Shown: piece by piece, positions 9,231-16,575 of the stretch
Numbering within the stretch: the stretch's first letter is position 1
Layout of the letters: each line of letters starts with the position of its first letter
NCBI RefSeq assembly: GCF_000010065.1
Contig: NC_006576.1
Span: 2,370,001-2,402,000, forward strand
Direction: 5' to 3'
DNA: 32,000 bases
Source: Synechococcus elongatus PCC 6301
GTDB taxonomy: Bacteria; Cyanobacteriota; Cyanobacteriia; Synechococcales; Synechococcaceae
Notes under the pieces: model-generated
The model's input: the letters and a program-made list of their open reading frames with translations, nothing else
Told to the model about the DNA's origin: nothing
Database searches by the model: none
Position numbers and translations under genes: made by a program

Positions 9231-10112
9231 TTAGCGCTGGCGAGAGTTAGAGCGATCGCGGTGCCAGCGTCCGCCTTGGCGGGGTTGGTCGCGAAATTCG
9301 GCCTTGGGAAAGAGCTGATCGGCGAGCTCGTCGTAGCTGCCGTCAAAGGGACAGCGATCGCGGCTGGGGCAATCCTGACAATCGCGATCGCCGTTGTAGC
9401 GCTGCAGGTTCTCGCGGTTAAACCAGTAGGGCTTGGTGCTGAAGGTGCTGGCTACCCACTGCCACGAGAGGTTATTGCTGGCGGGGTCGCCATCGAGTAA
9501 ATGCTGAAGAAACCAGCGCGCACCCGCCTGCCAGCGAATGCGCCGCCAATGCACCAGATAGGCCGCCATCCACATGCGGGCATGGTTATGCAGGTATCCA
9601 GTCTCCTTCAGTTCACGACTGAAGCGATCCATGCAGGCTAAGCCTGTCTCAGCCGCTTGTAGGTCAGGCGGAAGCGCCTCGCTGTATTGTTGGCTGTCCC
9701 AGCCGGTTTTGTAGGGCTCACGATCGCGCCAAATGCGATCGCCCCACTCCCAATAGATCCGTTGCCAGTAGTCGCGCCAAGCCAGTTCCGTAATCAGTTT
9801 TTCGCCATCACTGCGCTGGCGAATTTGAGCCAAGACGCGATCGCGGACGGTTGCCAAACTAAGAACGCCGTGGCGAATGTAGGGCGACAGGCGTGTCACT
9901 GCACCGTCCAAAAAGTTGCGGCTTTTGCCATAGCGCAGCGGGTTGATCGCCTCGAGCTGAGCGATCGCGGCTTGATAGCCGCCTGGGATGGGACTGACCT
10001 GGGCATCCACGGCCGCCGCTTCTGGAAATTGCTGCTGCAGATAGTCGATCAGTTCTTGGCGATCGCGAAAAGATCGCCGCAGATCATGGCCATCGCTGGG
10101 TTCTGAGCTCAT
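9231..10112 (-). CDS. FAD-binding domain-containing protein, photolyase/cryptochrome-like, lacking an N-terminal photolyase domain
   Basis: YGKSRNFLDGAVTRLSPYIRHGVLSLATVRDRVL...KLITELAWRDYWQRIYWEWG...LKETGYLHNHARMWMAAYLVHWRRIRWQAGARWFLQHLLDGDPASNNLSWQWVASTFSTKPYWFNRENL. Likely ATG at 10112 (track start 10148). Confidence 0.88.
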   Translation of the reverse strand: MSSEPSDGHDLRRSFRDRQELIDYLQQQFPEAAAVDAQVSPIPGGYQAAIAQLEAINPLRYGKSRNFLDGAVTRLSPYIRHGVLSLATVRDRVLAQIRQRSDGEKLITELAWRDYWQRIYWEWGDRIWRDREPYKTGWDSQQYSEALPPDLQAAETGLACMDRFSRELKETGYLHNHARMWMAAYLVHWRRIRWQAGARWFLQHLLDGDPASNNLSWQWVASTFSTKPYWFNRENLQRYNGDRDCQDCPSRDRCPFDGSYDELADQLFPKAEFRDQPRQGGRWHRDRSNSRQR

Positions 10113-10240
10113 GTAAGCAGCAACTTTACAATTCTTCACTTTTAACACGCTGCCCGAGCTGGGGGCGATCGCCCACTTGGGTCAGGAGCTCGGCGCCTCA
10201 GAAAAGCTGGGACAATTAGGTCACGTCGATGCAGTGAGGA

Positions 10241-10660
10241 GTGGCGAGGGTGAGCGAGGATTGGACGCTAGCAGAACAGCGGTTGCAGCAGTATCGCTGT
10301 CAGACGGAGGACCTGCAGCTCAGCCCAGAGGCAGTGCAACAACTGCGTAGCGATCTGCATACTCTGGTCACAGCAGCGGACTTTCTGACCCTGGGAATCT
10401 GCGCTGAGACCTCAGCGATCGCCCAAGCGGCCTTGGCAGAGTATTGGGCCGCCCTCCAGCAGCCAGCCCTCGAACCGACCGATCTACCGGCAATCGCGGA
10501 GCCCTGTTTCCTCAAAGCCAATGGGCGATCGGGGCGGTTGCTCTTGGATACCTATGAAGGAGCCTACCGAGGCGTACTGATCACCGTGCATTCCGACCTA
10601 GCGGCAGGCCCGAGCGGCACCTACGGTCATTTTCCCCTCGACCTGTTTGCAGCAGCCTAG
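10241..10660 (+). CDS. Conserved cyanobacterial protein, likely DUF1824 family
   Basis: ORF in strong coding context; LHTLVTAADFLTLGICAETSAIAQAALAEYWAAL...YRGVLITVHSDLAAGPSGTYGHFPLDLFA resembles DUF1824 from memory (no search run). Confidence 0.65.
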   Translation: MARVSEDWTLAEQRLQQYRCQTEDLQLSPEAVQQLRSDLHTLVTAADFLTLGICAETSAIAQAALAEYWAALQQPALEPTDLPAIAEPCFLKANGRSGRLLLDTYEGAYRGVLITVHSDLAAGPSGTYGHFPLDLFAAA

Positions 10661-11577
10661 TTGCGGAAATTGTTGTTGTAGTGAATGACGGCTCCCGCCC
10701 ACTGCAGCTTCTCGCGCAGGATGCGGTAGAAGGAGCGATCGCTGTCTAAAACCAGGAACTGAGCAGGCTTTTCGGCCATGCGAATATCCACTCGTTGGCC
10801 CGGCCAGATCGAAGTGGCCAAGACTCCATCCATCCAGAGCTTGATCGTGGGATCTTGGGTGCCCAGGGGCCAAACGCTGACCACCGATCGCGGTGGAATC
10901 ACGATCGGGCGGCTGGATAAACTCATGGCGCAGATCGGCGTGACCGCTAAGGCATCGACGCCGGGATGGACAATCGGACCGTGGGCGGCAGCGGTGTAGC
11001 AGGTAGAACCCGTGGGCGTTGAGACAATCAGGCCATCTCCTTGGTACTGGTCGATGATCTCGCCATCGACTTCCATTTCGAGGATGCAAACAGACATGCG
11101 ATCGGGTGCCGCCGGCTTCACACACATGTCGTTGAGGGCGTAGTAGGTCTCGCTAATGGGTTCGCGATTTTCGCGCCCGCCCTCATGCAGGCTAGCGGCC
11201 AGCATCATGCGCTGTTCCACCGCGTATTGATCGTTGCGCAGGCGATCCCAGAGTTCAGCCTCGGGTTGAAAAAAGTCTCGGGGCTGCGTCAAAAAGCCGA
11301 GGTGTCCCCCGACGTTGAAGGTCAACAGCGGAATGCCTGCATCGGAGAGGTGGCGAGCGGCGGCCAACACGGTGCCGTCCCCCCCCAAAACGATCGCTAG
11401 ATCAATCGGTTCAGTGGCCGAAGCCAGGAAAACTGGAAAGGGATTATCGCGTGCCCCGCTCGGCCCCAACATGACGTGAATCCCTTGGCTTTCGAGGCAA
11501 TGGGCGCAGTCATCTGCAGCCGCTTTGCTGGTGGGATCACCGGCTTTGTAGGCGATGATCACTTGGCGCAGTTGCAC
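10657..11577 (-). CDS. nadK: NAD(+) kinase
   Basis: LAIVLGGDGTVLAAARHLSDAGIPLLTFNVGGHLGFLT (GGDG and NxG motifs), GLIVSTPTGSTCYTAAAHGPIVHP...; GTG start at 11577. Confidence 0.95.
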   Translation of the reverse strand: MQLRQVIIAYKAGDPTSKAAADDCAHCLESQGIHVMLGPSGARDNPFPVFLASATEPIDLAIVLGGDGTVLAAARHLSDAGIPLLTFNVGGHLGFLTQPRDFFQPEAELWDRLRNDQYAVEQRMMLAASLHEGGRENREPISETYYALNDMCVKPAAPDRMSVCILEMEVDGEIIDQYQGDGLIVSTPTGSTCYTAAAHGPIVHPGVDALAVTPICAMSLSSRPIVIPPRSVVSVWPLGTQDPTIKLWMDGVLATSIWPGQRVDIRMAEKPAQFLVLDSDRSFYRILREKLQWAGAVIHYNNNFRN

Positions 11578-11689
11578 GGGCGCGCTCTTGAACGCAGGTA
11601 TAGCCTCAGCCTAACCTCGATCAGCCCACGGTCAAAAGAAGAAGATCCTGATCCCTTCAACGCTGTTGCCTGGAATCAATCTGCGGGGA

Positions 11690-11869
11690 TCACAAACGAG
11701 AGCGAACGCCATCGAGTAACCAACTGACGAGGCCGGCTCCCAACACCAGCCAGAGCAGCGGCCAAGTCAAAAACTGCTCAACGTTCTGGATAGGGATCCA
11801 GAAAAATAGCTTGGCGATCGTGAGGGCAATCCAGACCAAGGGCAGAAACAGACCTAGTGCGATCGCCAT
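11690..11869 (-). CDS. Small two-TM membrane protein of unknown function
   Basis: MAIALGLFLPLVWIALTIAKLFFWIPIQNVEQFLTWPLLWLVLGAGLVSWLLDGVRSRL; ATG at 11869 overlaps the upstream Sua5 gene end by 16 nt (track start 11926 less likely). Confidence 0.55.
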   Translation of the reverse strand: MAIALGLFLPLVWIALTIAKLFFWIPIQNVEQFLTWPLLWLVLGAGLVSWLLDGVRSRL

Positions 11870-12462
11870 GGGCTCACACCTCCCCCAGAACAATGCTGCC
11901 CTGCCGCAGAACTTGCCATTGTCCATCGGCTTGCCAGCGCACGAGCTGTCGAGGCGAGGCCAGATGGATCCGGCCAGGGATCCTCGGCCAAAACGGTGAC
12001 CTCAGGAAATTCCGCTGCGATCGCATCTGGGTTTAGTAAGGCCGGTTCTCCAGAACGGTTGGCACTGGTAGTCGCCAGTGGCCCTGTTTCAGCCAAAATT
12101 TGACGGGCGAGCGCACAGGCGGGAATGTGGAGTCCAATACTGCTGCGATCGAGGGGATTAGCAGCTGCGGGTAGGCGATCGCTGGCTGGGAGAACCAGCG
12201 TCAAGGCGCCTGGCCAATATTGATTAGCAATCGCATTCCACTGCGCCTGATCCTCAGGACTCCCTTGGGCGAACGGCCATAGTTCTGCTGCCGTCGCGGC
12301 CATCAGAATCAGGGGTTTTTCGGAGGGGCGTTGCTTGAGTCGATAGATTTGCGCCGCCTGATCTGGTTGAACTGCTAGGGCGGGCAGCGTATCGGTGGGA
12401 AAACTAATCACCTGACCGGCTTGCGCCGCTGTGATTACTGCCGCTAACGAAAGACGCACCAT
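11854..12462 (-). CDS. L-threonylcarbamoyladenylate synthase, Sua5/YciO/YrdC family
   Basis: GQVISFPTDTLPALAVQPDQAAQIYRLKQRPSEKPLILM...WPGALTLVLPAS...SIGLHIPACALARQILAETGPLATTSANRSGEPA. Start uncertain between 12462 and 12480. Confidence 0.92.
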   Translation of the reverse strand: MVRLSLAAVITAAQAGQVISFPTDTLPALAVQPDQAAQIYRLKQRPSEKPLILMAATAAELWPFAQGSPEDQAQWNAIANQYWPGALTLVLPASDRLPAAANPLDRSSIGLHIPACALARQILAETGPLATTSANRSGEPALLNPDAIAAEFPEVTVLAEDPWPDPSGLASTARALASRWTMASSAAGQHCSGGGVSPWRSH

Positions 12463-12467
12463 CGTCC

Positions 12468-13349
12468 TCAAGCACTCCAACTGGCCGAAACAAAGCGATC
12501 GCGGCCCGCTAAATCGCGATGACTTTGGATCTCAGAATAGCCAGGAATGGCCGCCAGCAAAGCCGTTACAGCGGTACTTTGACCGGCCATGTGTTCGCAG
12601 AGCCACAGACCGAGCGATCGCAAATAGTCAGGCGCCGCTTGGGCTAAATGGCGTAGCGCTTCTAACCCATCAGGGCCAGACTCCAGAGCTTGACGCGGTT
12701 CATGATCGCGGACTTCCGGCTCTAGGGCTTGCCACTCTTGAGTGGGAATGTAGGGCGGATTGGAGATAATTGCCTGCAGTTGACCTCGATAGTCGGCCAA
12801 AGGCACCAACCAACTGCCCTGATACCAGCGGATGCGATCGCTTAAACCATAGCGGGCTGCATTGTTCCGGGCGATCGCCAGAGCCTCAGCACTGTCATCG
12901 ACGGCAAGGACGGTGATTTGGGGTAGTGCCCGCGCTAACGCGATCGCGATCGCACCGCTGCCAGTCCCTAAATCCGCCCAGAAGCCTGTTTGTCGGGCTG
13001 GTTCTGCTTGGGACCAAGCGATTGCTAGGTCGATGATCAGCTCTGTTTCTGGCCTGGGAATCAGGACAGCGGGGGAAACCTGCAACTCCAAGTCGCGCCA
13101 AGGCGCATGACCTGCCAGATACTGCACCGGACAGCGCTGTCGGATCCGTTGTTGCCAGAGATCCGCGATCGCTGCTAGTGGGCAACGTAGCTCAAGGCGA
13201 TCGCCTGGGGCTGCCCAGCGTTGACGTTCTAGCGGAACGCCGGCCACTTCCCGGAGGAGCCAGTCCAATTCTTGGCGATCGATATCCGGCGCCAGTTGCT
13301 GCTGGTGCGATCGCCAAGTGAGCACAGCCTGCCAGGTAGTGGTTGCCAT
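12468..13349 (-). CDS. prmC: Peptide chain release factor N(5)-glutamine methyltransferase
   Basis: QYLAGHAPWRDLELQVSPAVLIPRPETELIIDLAI...WADLGTGSGAIAIALARALP...IISNPPYIPTQEW (NPPY motif). Confidence 0.95.
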   Translation of the reverse strand: MATTTWQAVLTWRSHQQQLAPDIDRQELDWLLREVAGVPLERQRWAAPGDRLELRCPLAAIADLWQQRIRQRCPVQYLAGHAPWRDLELQVSPAVLIPRPETELIIDLAIAWSQAEPARQTGFWADLGTGSGAIAIALARALPQITVLAVDDSAEALAIARNNAARYGLSDRIRWYQGSWLVPLADYRGQLQAIISNPPYIPTQEWQALEPEVRDHEPRQALESGPDGLEALRHLAQAAPDYLRSLGLWLCEHMAGQSTAVTALLAAIPGYSEIQSHRDLAGRDRFVSASWSA

Positions 13350-13361
13350 CCAAGGCTGGGG

Positions 13362-14285
13362 CTAGTTAGCCGGACGAGGTGTTGGGGTTGGGTTGGTGGC
13401 TCGTGGTGGAGTTGTCCCAGTTCCTGCTGCGGGTGGGGTTGTCGTCGTTGCTCGCGGCGGTGTGGTGCCGTTGGTAGGCGTGAGCTGCTTCACCAATTCT
13501 TGGAGGACTGGCAAGCTGCTGACCGGTGGAAGTAATTCGATCAAGCTCTCGTTACTCCCAGGCTGTGCCGCAGTCAGGGTGTTGATAATCGTCAACAAAT
13601 CCGTGACCGTAATTGCGTATTCCCCTGCCTTCGCATTGGTGTCCTGTTTCTTGAGTTTCTCCAACTCTGCTGCCAAGGGTTCGTATTCCAAGAAGAGAGG
13701 AATGCGGCGGATGGCATTGCCCTTTGCGTCCTTCACCGGCTGACCTTGTTGATTGGTCATGGTGATTGAAAGGGACTCGGAGTAGAAGATTGGGACAAAG
13801 GCTTCAGATTCTAGCTGTTTGAGTTGCTCCGGCTTGATGTTCTTATCCGCTTTGTAGAGCTCCAGTGCCTTTGCCCGCTGTTTGGGATCCGGGATAATTT
13901 CGTAAGTGACCTTGGGGTCATTGGTCTTCTTCAAGAAGTCAAGAATGAGTTCCAAAGCTTTAGGCAACAGAAGTGAGCCAATTCTGGCGTCTTTGCCGAG
14001 GGGCTGATTACTCTTTTGTAGTTCTGCAAGAGCAGCTTGGGCTTGAGTTTGGTTGATAAAAACCGGGAAGGTTTTGTTAACTTCTTTTCCGTCCTTGTCC
14101 CGAGACGTGAACAACAGGGGCTGTTGTTCTTTGGTCAGGATGACAAAGACAGGGACTCTGCCAATGCGGGCTGCTACTTCTTGATCCGAAAGGGCGATCG
14201 CGGCAGGTGGGGCAATCAGAGGGATGGCAACGCCTCCAGATAGGGAGATGACTAGAGCGGCGGCACTGGTAAGAAATTTGTTCAC
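13362..14285 (-). CDS. Tic22-like family protein with Pro/Thr-rich C-terminal tail
   Basis: GTG at 14285 gives VNKFLTSAAALVISLSGGVAIPLIAPPAAIALSDQEVAARIGRVPVFVILTKEQQPLLFTSRDKDGKEVNKTFPVFINQTQAQAALAELQKSNQ...; signal-like N-terminus and Tic22-like repeats of 'VPVFxIT...PL' and 'FxxxxQAQAAL'. Confidence 0.72.
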   Translation of the reverse strand: MNKFLTSAAALVISLSGGVAIPLIAPPAAIALSDQEVAARIGRVPVFVILTKEQQPLLFTSRDKDGKEVNKTFPVFINQTQAQAALAELQKSNQPLGKDARIGSLLLPKALELILDFLKKTNDPKVTYEIIPDPKQRAKALELYKADKNIKPEQLKQLESEAFVPIFYSESLSITMTNQQGQPVKDAKGNAIRRIPLFLEYEPLAAELEKLKKQDTNAKAGEYAITVTDLLTIINTLTAAQPGSNESLIELLPPVSSLPVLQELVKQLTPTNGTTPPRATTTTPPAAGTGTTPPRATNPTPTPRPAN

Positions 14286-14444
14286 GTCAATCCCTAATTC
14301 ACGACGATGCTGGTGGCGTAGATCTTGAAGCAGGGCTCTCAGCCGACCTAACTCTACGCTGAATTTCGACTGTCTCGCCATAGACGGCCAAGAAGCAGAA
14401 GCGGTTCCAACCGGCTAAAATGCCTGCGAAGTTCAGACTGATCC

Positions 14445-15710
14445 ATGATGCAGCGATCGCGGTCGGCTTGTGTTGCACTGATGTCTACAGTGCTACTGGT
14501 CAGTTGTCAAACGCAAGTCCAGTGGCCGTGGCAGGATCCGGGGGGGCTCAAGTTGGGTAGCCTGCTGCCGCTGACGGGAGATTTGGCTCAGTATGGCCGA
14601 CCCATGCAAGACACTGCTGAATTGCTGGTGCAGACGGTCAATGCCTGCGGCGGGGTGCAGGGGCTGCCAGTCCGCCTGATTCCAGCAGACGATGAAACCA
14701 AACCCGATCGCGGCGTTGCGGCCATGACCAAACTGGCGGAAGTCGATCGGGTAGCAGGGGTGGTCGGCGCAGCGGCCAGCAATGTTTCGGATGCAGCCTT
14801 GACCCTAGCGGTCAACAACCGTGTGGTGATGATCTCGCCTTCCAGCACCAGTCCTCGTTTTACGGAACGGGCCCGCCGGGGGGATTTCAAAGGCTATTGG
14901 TTCCGAACGGCTCCCTCCGATGCGCTGCAAGGGCCAGCCTTGGCCAAACTGGCGCTGGATCAAGGCTGGCGATCGGTCTCGGTCATTGCCATCAATAATG
15001 ACTACGGCAATGGGTTGCTGCGATCGTTCATTCCCGCTTTTGAGCAGGCCGGCGGAGTGGTGTTTAACCGCGATCAGCCGGTGCTTTACACGCCTGATGC
15101 CAGTAGCTTTGACAGCGAAGTGGAACAGGTTTTTCGCGATCGCCCCGATGCTGTGGTGTTGATTGGCTACCCAGATTCCGGCGCCCTCATTCTGAAAAGT
15201 GCTTACGAAAAAGGACTGTTGGGCCAGTCTACGCAAATGTTGCTGACCGATGGTCTGAAGACTGATCAATTGGCGGAGCTGGTCGGACGTAATCCTCAGG
15301 GTCGCTACATCGTGCAGGATCTCGTCGGCGTTGCCCCCAGTTCGGGCGGCCCGGGCCGCGAGGCGTTCCTCAAGCGTTATCAAGAGCGTTTTCAGCGATC
15401 GCCGCAGGTGTTTGATGCCAATACTTGGGATGCCGCAGCGCTCTTGGTTCTGGCGGCTGAGAAAAGTAAGTCCTTGGAAGGGGAAAAGCTCAAGGACAGC
15501 GTGGCAGCGATCGCTAATGGTCCGGGAGAGCCAGTCAGTGATATCTGTCAGGCCTTGGCCCTAGTGCGCGCGGGCAAACCGATCAACTATCAAGGGGCCA
15601 GTAGCGAGCTCAAGCTGGACAACAATGGCGATGTTTCTGGGCGCTATGACTTCTGGCAGTTTGATGCTGATGGCAAGGTCAAAATCCTCAAGACCGAGAG
15701 TTTTCAGTAG
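14445..15710 (+). CDS. ABC transporter substrate-binding lipoprotein (branched-chain amino acid/amide type, type I periplasmic-binding fold)
   Basis: Lipobox LLVSC; LKLGSLLPLTGDLAQYGRPMQDTAELLVQTVNACGGVQGLPVRLIPADDETKPDRGVAAMTKLAEVD...VVGAAASNVSDAALTLAVNNRVVMISPSSTSP. Confidence 0.9.
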   Translation: MMQRSRSACVALMSTVLLVSCQTQVQWPWQDPGGLKLGSLLPLTGDLAQYGRPMQDTAELLVQTVNACGGVQGLPVRLIPADDETKPDRGVAAMTKLAEVDRVAGVVGAAASNVSDAALTLAVNNRVVMISPSSTSPRFTERARRGDFKGYWFRTAPSDALQGPALAKLALDQGWRSVSVIAINNDYGNGLLRSFIPAFEQAGGVVFNRDQPVLYTPDASSFDSEVEQVFRDRPDAVVLIGYPDSGALILKSAYEKGLLGQSTQMLLTDGLKTDQLAELVGRNPQGRYIVQDLVGVAPSSGGPGREAFLKRYQERFQRSPQVFDANTWDAAALLVLAAEKSKSLEGEKLKDSVAAIANGPGEPVSDICQALALVRAGKPINYQGASSELKLDNNGDVSGRYDFWQFDADGKVKILKTESFQ

Positions 15711-15867
15711 AGGATGACGCTGAGTTTCAGAGCTGATTGCCAAGCTGTGAAGATCTCCTTCAGGGCTTGTCGATGGGCGATCGCTGATTGTTTCCGGCGC
15801 TGCCTGGGCTCCGGCGATTGCTTGCCGATCGGCTCGGTGCGATCGAAGCACTAGACTGAGAACGAGC

Positions 15868-16575
15868 ATGGAGCAAGCTGTGAGCGACGCCGAGATCCTG
15901 TTAGTCGATGATGAGCCTGGACTGCGTGAAGCCGTTCAAGCCTATTTAGAAGACAGTGGCTTTCGAGTGCGCACAGCTGCCAATGCCCAAGAGGGTTGGG
16001 AGCAACTTCAGCAAGCCCGTCCTGATTTGGTGATCACTGATGTGATGATGCCTCGGGTTGACGGCTATCAGTTTTTGGCTCAGCTGCGAGGTGATGATCG
16101 CTTCAAGGCTTTGCCAGTGATTTTGCTGACAGCGCGGGGGATGACGGGCGATCGCATCCAAGGTTATGAAGCGGGCTGTGATGACTACATTGCCAAGCCC
16201 TTCGATCCAGATGAACTGGTGGTACGGGTCGAGAACCTGCTGCGCCGGCGCCGAGAAACGATCGCGGCTGTTGCTGACACGGGTAATCCTGACTTAGCGG
16301 AAGTTGCGCGACAAGTCGCAGAAATTCGAGCCATGCTCCAGCAGAAGCCGCAGTTGCAAACGCAGGCCACACCGCTCGCCCTGGACCTCACCCCTCGCGA
16401 AGAAAGTGTTTTGAAATTGGTTGCTCAGGGCTTGATGAACAAAGAAATTGCCCGAGAACTCGATACCAGTGTGCGCAACATTGAAAAATACGTCAGCAGG
16501 TTGTTCAGTAAGACAGGCACCAACAGCCGCACAGAATTGGTGCGCTTTTCGCTAGAGCATGGCCTAGCTGATTGA
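15868..16575 (+). CDS. Response regulator, REC + LuxR/NarL-type HTH
   Basis: EILLVDDEPGLREAVQAYL...DLVITDVMMPRVDGYQF...LTARGM...GCDDYIAKPF; LTPREESVLKLVAQGLMNKEIARELDTSVRNIEKYVSRLFSKTGTNSRTELVRFS. Confidence 0.92.
   Translation: MEQAVSDAEILLVDDEPGLREAVQAYLEDSGFRVRTAANAQEGWEQLQQARPDLVITDVMMPRVDGYQFLAQLRGDDRFKALPVILLTARGMTGDRIQGYEAGCDDYIAKPFDPDELVVRVENLLRRRRETIAAVADTGNPDLAEVARQVAEIRAMLQQKPQLQTQATPLALDLTPREESVLKLVAQGLMNKEIARELDTSVRNIEKYVSRLFSKTGTNSRTELVRFSLEHGLAD

Noticed and set aside
8829-9500. 223-aa plus-strand ORF with hydrophobic, gene-like length
   Set aside because: It is antisense to the well-supported photolyase-like pair; amino-acid pattern is typical of a shadow frame in GC-rich coding DNA and no domain is recognisable.
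8796-10148. Possible single photolyase gene broken by a sequencing error
   Set aside because: The N-domain-like ORF lies downstream of the FAD-domain ORF, so no single frameshift could restore the canonical domain order.
10598-11125. 175-aa plus-strand ORF opposite nadK
   Set aside because: Antisense to a strongly supported NAD kinase; His/Arg/Cys-rich shadow translation.
13365-13490. Repetitive GGTGG/TCGTGG-like DNA considered as a minisatellite or CRISPR-like repeat
   Set aside because: It is explained by Pro/Thr-rich codons of the Tic22-like tail; repeats are short, imperfect and lack uniform spacers.
14805-15383. 192-aa minus-strand ORF opposite the binding-protein gene
   Set aside because: Entirely antisense to a confident CDS with no recognisable motif.
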